From a virus (Duplodnaviria > Caudoviricetes): 57,062 nucleotides of DNA. Under the pieces are notes generated by a model. That model searched no databases and was not told the origin of the DNA. It saw nothing but the letters and a program-made list of their open reading frames with translations. This document shows, piece by piece, positions 7,561 through 14,797 of this stretch (its first letter is position 1; each line of letters starts with the position of its first letter). The DNA is taken from positions 1-57,062 of IMG/VR virus record IMGVR_UViG_3300031623_000006. The stretch is one strand, 5' to 3'. Both the position numbers and the translations under genes were made by a program.

Positions 7561-8472
7561 ATGTCAATCACGGCAGAACAAGCAAAAGCAGACGAAGTGA
7601 TTCGCGGCCTTACCGACCCATCAACGTGGGAACAACTCGCACGACTCGACAAAGACCTGAAGGATGCGGCAACCGATCTCGGACGTGTGCAAGCCCGCTA
7701 CCTCACTGACTGCTACTACCAATTGCAAGACTTCCGCATTGCATCCGCGGCTCAAGTTCGATCTGCCGAAGACGAGCCAAACCGCGTGCTTTCTTGGTTT
7801 TTCGCACAGATGCAAGTTCTGGAAAACGACATCAAGCGGGCGTTGAAAGAGTTCTCGTCGTCCTACGCTACCGGGCAATGGATGCAGTCGATCTGCGGCA
7901 TTGGCCCCGTCATCTCCGCTGGCATGTTGGCACAACTCGACATACGCGATTGCAAGACTGTAAGCCGCTGGTGGCGATTTGCCGGTCTCGACCCGACTGT
8001 GAAATGGGAGAAGAAATCCAAGCGACCCTGGAACGCCAAGCTCAAAGTTCTCTGTTGGAAACTCGGGGAATCGTTCATCAAAGTCCAGAACAAAAAAAAC
8101 GATTACTACGGCAAGATATTCCGCACCCGCAAGGACTACGAGATTGATCGCAACGAGAGCGGCGGCAACTCCGAGACGGCCGCACGCATCCTCACCGAGA
8201 AGAATTGGGACAAGACCACCGACGCTTTTAAGCACTACAGCGAGGGCCATTTGCCGCCAGCACAAATCAACGCTCGCGCCCGACGCTACGCCGTGAAGAT
8301 GTTCCTCTCGCATCTGCATCACGCGATGTTCGTCGATATGTACGGCAAGGAACCTCCTGTGCCTTACTCGTTCGAGCAGTTGGAGGGCGACCATCGGCAT
8401 TTCGTTGCGTTGCCGAACTGGCCGTTTGAGAGTAAGGGCGGCAAGCCGCTGTCTGATTTGTATGCGGAGTAA
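7561..8472 (+). CDS. tasA: TasA-like TIGR-associated protein (Nop/IS110-related RNA-binding domain, no nuclease domain)
   Basis: Coiled coil RYLTDCYYQLQDFRI, then SICGIGPVISAGML...RWWRFAGLDP...PWNAKLK...ARARRYAVKMFL; lacks the IS110 DEDD RuvC domain and the SG catalytic serine, and has no HNH; flanked on both sides by the dual-repeat array. Confidence 0.85.
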   Translation: MSITAEQAKADEVIRGLTDPSTWEQLARLDKDLKDAATDLGRVQARYLTDCYYQLQDFRIASAAQVRSAEDEPNRVLSWFFAQMQVLENDIKRALKEFSSSYATGQWMQSICGIGPVISAGMLAQLDIRDCKTVSRWWRFAGLDPTVKWEKKSKRPWNAKLKVLCWKLGESFIKVQNKKNDYYGKIFRTRKDYEIDRNESGGNSETAARILTEKNWDKTTDAFKHYSEGHLPPAQINARARRYAVKMFLSHLHHAMFVDMYGKEPPVPYSFEQLEGDHRHFVALPNWPFESKGGKPLSDLYAE

Positions 8473-8572
8473 CAACCAGCGATTGAGACTGAATCATATT
8501 ATCTGCGTGCAACCAAAATTGTGGACAGAAACAAGATAGCCGAGTGCCAACCACGACCCCGGAATGGAAACA
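8467..8572 (+). ncRNA. TIGR-like array, downstream part (2 full units plus 1 degenerate)
   Basis: GAGTAACAACCA-gcgattga-GACTGAATCA-tattatct-GCGTGCAACCA-aaattgtg-GACAGAAACA-agatagcc-GAGTGCCAACCA-cgaccccg-GAATGGAAACA. Confidence 0.9.
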
Positions 8573-8609
8573 CACCGCGATGACAGGAACGCGGCGGGGC
8601 GTGTTTTTT
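8568..8609 (+). terminator. Possible terminator closing the TIGR-Tas transcript
   Basis: AAACAC/GTGTTT and CCGCG/CGCGG pairings, ending in a T run. Confidence 0.5.
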
Positions 8610-8632
8610 AACCATCAACCAAGGGAATGAAT

Positions 8633-8860
8633 ATGTTGGTACTTTCTCGGAGAGCCGGACAGGTAATTTCAATCGGTGACAACATCACAGTTACCGTCAC
8701 CGACATTGGACCGCGTCACGTGAAGCTGGGAATCGTTGCGCCAAACCTGCCGATTGTTCGCGACGACGCAATCAGGCGCAACTACAGACCCGGCTCGATG
8801 CAGACGCCCGCCGATGTTGCGAAGCGAACGCGGGACCAAGACGACTGGATGTCGCCATGA
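8633..8860 (+). CDS. csrA: Carbon storage regulator CsrA-like RNA-binding protein
   Basis: MLVLSRRAGQVISIGDNITVTV...VKLGIVAP...IVR is the CsrA signature. Confidence 0.9.
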   Translation: MLVLSRRAGQVISIGDNITVTVTDIGPRHVKLGIVAPNLPIVRDDAIRRNYRPGSMQTPADVAKRTRDQDDWMSP

Positions 8861-9348
8861 ATTTGATGCTCCGATGGATAATTCGCAGGGACGTGGACGA
8901 AGTTGTTCAAATCGAAGAATCATCGTTCGGTGCGCCGTGGACTGAAGGGGAATTTATGCGGTGCCTGAAACAACGGGAAGTGGTCGGCATGGTGGCCGAG
9001 CATGACCACGAAATCGCGGGCTTCATAATTTACGAACTGCACAAGTCGAAGCTCTGGATTTTGAATTTCGCCGTCTCACCATCAATGCGGCGGATGGGAG
9101 TGGGACAACAGTTGGTTGCCTGCCTCATCGGCAAGCTGTCGCAACAGCGGCGAAACCAAATTGTGTTGGACGTGCGAGAGACGAACCTCGACGCGCAACT
9201 GTTCTTTCGCGCACAGGGATTCAGCGCGGCTGGCATTATCCCTGAGCGGTACGACGACGGGGAAGACGCATATCACTTCCAACACAACCTGCAACCACTG
9301 GAGCATGAGCCAGTCAACCGACTGTCGGCGTTTTTTGATGAATCGTGA
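8857..9348 (+). CDS. rimI: RimI-like GNAT N-acetyltransferase
   Basis: LNFAVSPSMRRMGVGQQL acetyl-CoA motif, LDVRETNLDAQLFFRAQGF and EDAY; resembles planctomycete RimI. Confidence 0.85.
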   Translation: MNLMLRWIIRRDVDEVVQIEESSFGAPWTEGEFMRCLKQREVVGMVAEHDHEIAGFIIYELHKSKLWILNFAVSPSMRRMGVGQQLVACLIGKLSQQRRNQIVLDVRETNLDAQLFFRAQGFSAAGIIPERYDDGEDAYHFQHNLQPLEHEPVNRLSAFFDES

Positions 9349-9560
9349 AATGGAGTTCCGCCGTGCAACATGCCGATTACACACCGCAGAAATGCCGCAG
9401 GCTGCGTGAGTCAATATTTCAAAATTCGCCCAATTCAAAACCGGTTGACAACATAACGAGGGCAGAACGCATCTGGGAACAGTACGTCGCCTCGTGGGGC
9501 GGCGACAGGGAAGTGTCGGCGGAACTGCTGAGGCGACATCGAGAGGCGAGGGGACTGTAA
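9345..9560 (+). CDS. Small hypothetical protein
   Basis: GTGA overlap with rimI; fills the operon gap. Confidence 0.45.
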   Translation: MKWSSAVQHADYTPQKCRRLRESIFQNSPNSKPVDNITRAERIWEQYVASWGGDREVSAELLRRHREARGL

Positions 9561-9561
9561 G

Positions 9562-9921
9562 TTGCATTTTTACGAAACCACGATATGCGAGTTGGGCGGA
9601 ATGCTGTCCGTTTCGCTCGATGTTGAGGTTGAGTGCGATTTGTTTGAGGAAGAGAAGGCGACGAATGATTATCCAGGATCGCCCGGACACATCGACATTA
9701 CTGGCGTTGTTGTCCGCAGAATGGTTGGTGACGGGTACAGCATCAACCTTGACGACCGACCGGATTGGCGTGCTGACGCGGACGCAACCGCACTGGCCTG
9801 GGTTCGGGCGAACGACGAGAGCGTGTGCGAGGAAATCGCCGAGGATATCGCTGGGCGCGACGAGGCGGCACTGGAGTCTTACTACGAACACAAACGTGAA
9901 CAGAGGAGAGAAACCGAATGA
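9562..9921 (+). CDS. Acidic hypothetical protein
   Basis: TTG start after GAGGGG; 119 aa; overlaps the next start. Confidence 0.65.
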   Translation: MHFYETTICELGGMLSVSLDVEVECDLFEEEKATNDYPGSPGHIDITGVVVRRMVGDGYSINLDDRPDWRADADATALAWVRANDESVCEEIAEDIAGRDEAALESYYEHKREQRRETE

Positions 9922-10175
9922 CCACAGATACGATTGAGCAGCCGATTATCGAAACCACCTACGAGGCACCGAAGCACATCCTGAAGCACCGCGACATCCC
10001 CGCATGCAGAATTACGGTGGTTGACACAAACCCACAGGCGACGTTCGACATTTCGAGTTTCTATATCTCGGACGACGTGAAGGGTATTAAGCAAATCAAC
10101 GCTCTCCGCGATCTGCTGGACGCGGCGGTTGGCAAGGCAAACGAACTGGACGCGGCGAACGGACGCGGCGATTGA
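9918..10175 (+). CDS. Hypothetical protein
   Basis: GAGGAG site; ATGA overlap. Confidence 0.65.
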   Translation: MTTDTIEQPIIETTYEAPKHILKHRDIPACRITVVDTNPQATFDISSFYISDDVKGIKQINALRDLLDAAVGKANELDAANGRGD

Positions 10176-10273
10176 CGGACCTTACTCGTACAACGGTGGA
10201 CTCTGCAAATGCCATTAGCTGAAGCGTCTCAGCGAATTTTCCACTCGGGCATCAAGATACGAGGAAGACGCCA

Positions 10274-10669
10274 ATGCCCAAGCAACTAACATTGCCAACC
10301 ATCCTGCCTGAACGACTGGAGAGGTTCCTGTTGTTCCACCGGGAAAATCCCGATGTCTATTCGATGTTCAGGTTTTTTGCCTTGGAGGCGAAGCGAAGCG
10401 GTGTGTCCCATTACGGTGGCCGAGCAATTGCCGAGAGAATTCGGTGGCACAAAACAGTTGAGAATCGTGTAGGCGAATTCAAATACAACGACCACCTAAC
10501 CGGTTACTACACGCGGCTGTTGATGCTGGTTGAGCCAATGCTGTTTGGGGGTTTCTTTGAAAGAAGAGACGCCCGGTTCGACGCCGATGATGAGACTCTG
10601 CTTTTCCATTTTAGTCAACTGCAAGGTGACACAGACCATGACACTCGAAAACGCAATCAACGCAATTAA
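10274..10669 (+). CDS. Conserved-looking phage protein (FH-ENP-VY...ERIRWH...FK-N)
   Basis: GAGG site; motif pattern recurrent in phage recombination regions. Confidence 0.75.
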   Translation: MPKQLTLPTILPERLERFLLFHRENPDVYSMFRFFALEAKRSGVSHYGGRAIAERIRWHKTVENRVGEFKYNDHLTGYYTRLLMLVEPMLFGGFFERRDARFDADDETLLFHFSQLQGDTDHDTRKRNQRN

Positions 10670-11744
10670 CGACGCCATGCACGACGTCACCGACGAGATG
10701 CAGTTGCTCGCCGCAACGAAGGTCAAGTCTCTAATGCACGGCTACGACCGGAAGTGGAAGTACGCGGAATGGGCGACGATTTCCTTGGAAGACACCGTTC
10801 ACTTGCCAATCGTAAATCCAGCAACGGGCCGCTCGTCCCGCACCTACACGCAAGCGGGAAAGCATGATGGAATTATCGATGGGTACGGCAAACGACTGCT
10901 GCTCGAACACAAAACAACCAGCGACGACATCGAAGATCCGAACTCGACCTATTGGCGTCGGCTGGATATTGACGCACAGGTCTCGCAGTACATGCTCCAA
11001 AAATGGCAGGGCGGCGACAAACTCGACGGCACATTGTACGACGTGATTCGCAAACCGGGGATTCGTCCCAAAAAAATTGCGAATCGCGACCGGCAAGCAA
11101 TCCTGGCGACTGGCGAGTATTTCGGAATTAAAGTGTCTGAATTGACCATGCGGTCGTTTTCTGTTGGAAATGATCGCGAGAACAATGAGCTTTACTTCAA
11201 TCGCTTGCGTCGGGAAGTCCTCGATAATCCAGCAAAATACTTTCAGAGGAAACCAATCTATCGCATGGATCACGAGGTTGTCGAGTATGCAAGCGAACTG
11301 TGGAACATCGCGAAAACCATCGGCGAAGCATCGCGAGAAGATACGCACTACCGGAACTCAGAAGCGTGCATGACATGGGGTTCTCCATGCGAATACCTGG
11401 GAGTTTGTTCGGGTCACGACACGATCGATTCTGACAAGTGGGAATCAATCGAAACGGTTCACTCCGAACTGGACGGTGAGTTTCCAGACGGCGGGCGCAC
11501 CGTATTGACCTGTTCGCGAATGAAGACGTTTCAAACGTGTAGGCGTAAACACCAATACCGCTACATTCTCGGCAAACGTCGCCGAGATGACGAGGGGCGA
11601 GAAGCCCTGTTCTTAGGCACCATCATGCATCTTGCGTTAGAGGCTTGGTGGGGCCAATTTACGGAGGAAGCCAGCAATGGCGACAGCAGCAACGGGTCCC
11701 CGGCCATCGAGGTCGGCCAACCAAGAGAGTCCGAGATTTCTTGA
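10638..11744 (+). CDS. PD-(D/E)XK RecB/Cas4-like exonuclease, apparently circularly permuted
   Basis: GKHDG, LLEHKT, QVSQY and a three-Cys cluster (CMTWGSPCEYLGVC); the usually N-terminal S...C-RK...Y...L-LG..MH-ALE segment is at the C-terminus. Confidence 0.85.
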   Translation: MTLENAINAINDAMHDVTDEMQLLAATKVKSLMHGYDRKWKYAEWATISLEDTVHLPIVNPATGRSSRTYTQAGKHDGIIDGYGKRLLLEHKTTSDDIEDPNSTYWRRLDIDAQVSQYMLQKWQGGDKLDGTLYDVIRKPGIRPKKIANRDRQAILATGEYFGIKVSELTMRSFSVGNDRENNELYFNRLRREVLDNPAKYFQRKPIYRMDHEVVEYASELWNIAKTIGEASREDTHYRNSEACMTWGSPCEYLGVCSGHDTIDSDKWESIETVHSELDGEFPDGGRTVLTCSRMKTFQTCRRKHQYRYILGKRRRDDEGREALFLGTIMHLALEAWWGQFTEEASNGDSSNGSPAIEVGQPRESEIS

Positions 11745-12531
11745 TCGTGTCAGTAGCAAAGGTTCTGGTTTGCCGAGCCGCGTGTGCATGCACGCTGTTG
11801 AAAAGTTTGGCAAAACGTCGTTCGCCGCTCATGCGCCGGGCGTGATCTTTGGCATGACGAAAGGTGAGACAGGATTAGAGTCACTCATTGACTCGAATCA
11901 GTTGCCAGCGGTGCCCCACTTCCCAACGTGGGAAACACACGCCGATATGATGCAGTCAATTGAGGAATTAACCACCCAGGACCACAACTACAAGACCCTC
12001 GCAATTGACACCCTGAACGGGGCTGCCGCGCTGGTGTGTGACCACGTCTGCCAGCGTGAATACAACGGCGACTGGGGACAGAAAGGATTTACCGGCTACA
12101 TGCGAGGCTATGAAGTCGCGACGACCGACTGGCGAGAATTGCTCGTGGCATTAGATCGTCTGCGATCTGAACGCAAGATGGGAATCATTTGTTTGGTGCA
12201 CACGAAGGTCAAGACCTTCAAGTCACCCGACACTGAAGATTACGACCGCTATCAGCCAGACATGCACGACAAGCTGTGGGGTCTGTCTCACAAATGGTTT
12301 GACGTGATTATGTTCGGTAATTTCTATACGGAAGTTGTCGAAACCGGCGCGAAGAGCAAAGGTAAAGGTGGACAGAATCGAGTGCTATATACCGAGCGTC
12401 ATGCTGCCTATGACGCAGGGAATCGCCTGGGACTCCCCGAGGAAATTGAGATGGGGTCGTCTGGGGCAGAAGCGTGGGACAATTTCAAAGCAGCAGTCAC
12501 TGAAGCACGAACCACGAAAGGCGGTGAATGA
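11677..12531 (+). CDS. Sak4-like AAA_24 ATPase (single-strand annealing)
   Basis: Walker A variant AVEKFGKT, Walker B TLAIDT, then LVH and D-Y-P motifs; lies between an exonuclease and an SSB-like gene. Confidence 0.85.
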   Translation: MATAATGPRPSRSANQESPRFLDRVSSKGSGLPSRVCMHAVEKFGKTSFAAHAPGVIFGMTKGETGLESLIDSNQLPAVPHFPTWETHADMMQSIEELTTQDHNYKTLAIDTLNGAAALVCDHVCQREYNGDWGQKGFTGYMRGYEVATTDWRELLVALDRLRSERKMGIICLVHTKVKTFKSPDTEDYDRYQPDMHDKLWGLSHKWFDVIMFGNFYTEVVETGAKSKGKGGQNRVLYTERHAAYDAGNRLGLPEEIEMGSSGAEAWDNFKAAVTEARTTKGGE

Positions 12532-13079
12532 ACATGAGACAGCCAGAATATAAAGAGGGAAACTACGTCGCCAAGGTGGTGGATCAGGCATTCACGGAAA
12601 CTCGGGAAAAAAAGAAGCCCATGATCGTTCTGCGGGTGACAATCAACAACCTGCTGGTGGATGCTGGAACAAAATTTGAGGAACTCCAGAACCTCGCAAA
12701 CCACTACGAACGCAAGATTCATCTTGTCATCAACCACGACAGCGATAAGGCGATGGAGTTTCTTCTCAAGAAGCTGCGATATGCAGGGTTTGAAAAACCA
12801 TCGTTCCGCGACTTTAACCTTGCCGGATCGACCGTTCGATGCACTTGCAGTCACGACCTTTCAAGCGAGTATCCAGAAAACTGGGACTTGATGCTCCCCC
12901 CTCGCGAAAGCACCCCGCTGGTGCATGACCCTAAACTGTCAAAAAAGATGGACGCGCTCTTCGGAAAGGCGCTCAAGGAACCGATCACCAATTCGGCTGA
13001 ATCGCCAATCGAAACGGACGTGGAACCACCGCGAGAGGACGCACCAATACTGCCACCGGACGATGAGGTTCCGTTCTAG
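12528..13079 (+). CDS. SSB-like (DUF669-type) protein
   Basis: EGNYVAKVV N-terminus and acidic tail ending DDEVPF; follows the Sak4-like gene. Confidence 0.7.
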   Translation: MNMRQPEYKEGNYVAKVVDQAFTETREKKKPMIVLRVTINNLLVDAGTKFEELQNLANHYERKIHLVINHDSDKAMEFLLKKLRYAGFEKPSFRDFNLAGSTVRCTCSHDLSSEYPENWDLMLPPRESTPLVHDPKLSKKMDALFGKALKEPITNSAESPIETDVEPPREDAPILPPDDEVPF

Positions 13080-13149
13080 CGGCAGCCATCCCCGACGACG
13101 TGAGACAACAGGTCTAGCAGAAACTTGATCAACTACAGGAGTCCGGGGC

Positions 13150-13341
13150 ATGAACAACGACGAAATGGCGTGGCGAAAACGTCCATCATGCCCCGGAGCC
13201 TGGGTTTGCATCGGCGAGGGCAGACTGGCGGGACACGACACGGTGATGGATCTCACGCAGGACGATATCGACACCGGCGCACCGTTCTACTCGAGCGCGG
13301 TGTTCGGACCAATTCCATCCCAACCGGACACCGTTGAATAA
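13150..13341 (+). CDS. Small hypothetical protein
   Basis: AGGAG site; W..RP..PG.W...FGPIP pattern. Confidence 0.6.
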   Translation: MNNDEMAWRKRPSCPGAWVCIGEGRLAGHDTVMDLTQDDIDTGAPFYSSAVFGPIPSQPDTVE

Positions 13342-13805
13342 TGACACACGAAATCTCAATCACCCCCGAAGACGCTGCGAAGCTCGCGCACTCCCTCAGT
13401 CTGCTGAAAATCAACCGCAGTCTCGCGGCGTTGCGGAAGCATCTACCCGGCAGAATCAACGAAAAGAAGCTGTCGAGTACCAAAATGGGGCTGGTTCGCG
13501 CGTTTCGGGAGTTGAAAGGCCACAATATCAACCTGACAACGCTGGAATGCGGCCTGGTGGCGTGGATATGCGACAGGCGACTCATCTGCTGGGCAGTGCG
13601 TGCGTCGATTGAGCGGGCATTGTCGGCTCCCTCACGCGATGCAGAAGACGAACCACCCGACCCAGAGGTTGTTTGCGAGCTACGTGGGCTGATGGGCAGC
13701 GCAGAGGGCAGGGAGCAGATCGACGCGATGACGTGTTGGAATGAGCCGAAACCGGCGAAACGGCGGATGAAAGACCCGGCTGTCGGGCAGAAGGCGATGT
13801 TTTGA
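13341..13805 (+). CDS. Hypothetical protein
   Basis: TAATG coupling with the upstream gene. Confidence 0.6.
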   Translation: MTHEISITPEDAAKLAHSLSLLKINRSLAALRKHLPGRINEKKLSSTKMGLVRAFRELKGHNINLTTLECGLVAWICDRRLICWAVRASIERALSAPSRDAEDEPPDPEVVCELRGLMGSAEGREQIDAMTCWNEPKPAKRRMKDPAVGQKAMF

Positions 13806-13814
13806 GAAACCCCC

Positions 13815-13959
13815 TTGCTAAGTTTGGAGATTCTGCGATGATGCCGGTGCTAGTCCTGCAAAGTGCAAATCATTCAAAAAGCGATGCAGTGACTTTTTCC
13901 GCTGACGGTGGTTTGCCATTGTTGGACTAGCCGGAGGGAGTCACTGCATCGCCTTTTTT
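13815..13959 (+). promoter_or_regulatory. Promoter plus structured leader or attenuator upstream of the replication operon
   Basis: TTGCTA-16 nt-(TGn)GATGAT; 14-bp perfect stem 13881-13894/13939-13952 followed by a T run; competing pairing GCTAGTCC (13849)/GGACTAGC (13924). Confidence 0.65.
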
Positions 13960-13993
13960 ATGCGCTGAATAATCACACTGACGGAACGACAAG

Positions 13994-14797
13994 ATGGCAC
14001 GGAAACTGCCGTGGTTCCAATTTTTTGCTGCTGACTGGCGAACTGACGCCAAGTTATCGCTCTGTACGCCCGCTACTCGCGGCGTCTGGATTGATCTGAT
14101 TTGCGCTATGCACGAACTCGACCGCTCGGGAGAACTGCGTGGTACGACCGAACAGCTCGCTCGTATTGCCCGTTGCTCGGCCGTTGAGATGAAAGCCGCG
14201 TTGACCGACCTCCAGGCCACCGAAGCTGCTGATGTCACAGAACGTAACGGCGTTGTCACAGTCACTAACAGGCGGATGAAGTCTGAGTTTGACGGGCGTA
14301 AGTCTAATGCCAGTAGGCAGAAGCGATGTCGCACAAGTCAGTCTCGGAACCGTCACGCAAAAAGTAACGGTGATGTCGCGCAGGAGAGTCAGAGTCAACA
14401 GTCAAATACAGACAGGGGGAGACCCCCTAAACCCCCCTCCGGTGGATTGTCGTTTTCTGCCGAGGATCGGAAACTTGCCGAGTGGATGTTCGTGCTGGTG
14501 GTGAAGATTCAGCCTCAAGCCAAAAACCCGAATTTCGACAAATGGGCAAACACAATCCGGTTGATGCGTGAACAAGACAAGCGGACATTGACCGAAATCC
14601 GAGAGTTGTTTGATCTGTCGAACAAGGATGATTTCTGGAAAGCCAACATTCGCAGTCCCGAGAAGCTCCGAAGTAAGTGGGACGACCTCGATGCTCGCCG
14701 CAGCACCGGGCGTCTCGGCAATTCAAAACCCCAGAAATCCGGCAAGGACTCAGCCAACTACACCACCGACTCGAAAGACACAGATGGCACTTTCTGA
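13994..14797 (+). CDS. Phage replication initiator (DUF1376-like N-terminus, lambda O-like C-terminus)
   Basis: LPWFQFFAADWRTD...RGVWIDLICAMH and WANTIRLMREQDKR...DDFWKANIRSPEKLRSKWD; lies upstream of a DnaC-like gene. Confidence 0.88.
   Translation: MARKLPWFQFFAADWRTDAKLSLCTPATRGVWIDLICAMHELDRSGELRGTTEQLARIARCSAVEMKAALTDLQATEAADVTERNGVVTVTNRRMKSEFDGRKSNASRQKRCRTSQSRNRHAKSNGDVAQESQSQQSNTDRGRPPKPPSGGLSFSAEDRKLAEWMFVLVVKIQPQAKNPNFDKWANTIRLMREQDKRTLTEIRELFDLSNKDDFWKANIRSPEKLRSKWDDLDARRSTGRLGNSKPQKSGKDSANYTTDSKDTDGTF
14231..14416 (+). repeat. Iteron-like repeats inside the initiator gene (putative origin)
   Basis: GTAACGGCGTTGTCAC (14244), GTAACGGTGATGTCGC (14364), GATGTC(A/G)CA (14231, 14325), followed by AGTCA repeats. 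Confidence 0.55.

Noticed and set aside
7561-8472. IS110/IS1111 transposase of an insertion sequence
   Set aside because: It shares the GIGP...AGL.P region but lacks the N-terminal DEDD RuvC domain and the catalytic SG serine, and the flanks are a periodic array rather than IS ends.
7280-8572. CRISPR array
   Set aside because: Two different 10-12 nt repeats alternate with 8-nt spacers; CRISPR has one longer repeat with spacers of roughly 25-45 nt, and no cas operon is present.
10181-10267. Nested helices (CTCGTA/TACGAG, GTGGA/TCCAC, GCTGA/TCAGC) that could hide the downstream ribosome-binding site
   Set aside because: The helices are only 5-6 bp in GC-rich DNA, occur once, and have no comparative support.
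10638-11744. CRISPR-associated Cas4 or spacer-acquisition nuclease for the array
   Set aside because: It lies in a standard exonuclease-Sak4-SSB recombination module 2 kb from the array; nothing in the sequence links the two.
11788-11820. Inactive Sak4 because Walker A begins with Ala (AVEKFGKT)
   Set aside because: The GKT core and Walker B are intact; one substitution at the first position is not enough to claim loss of function.
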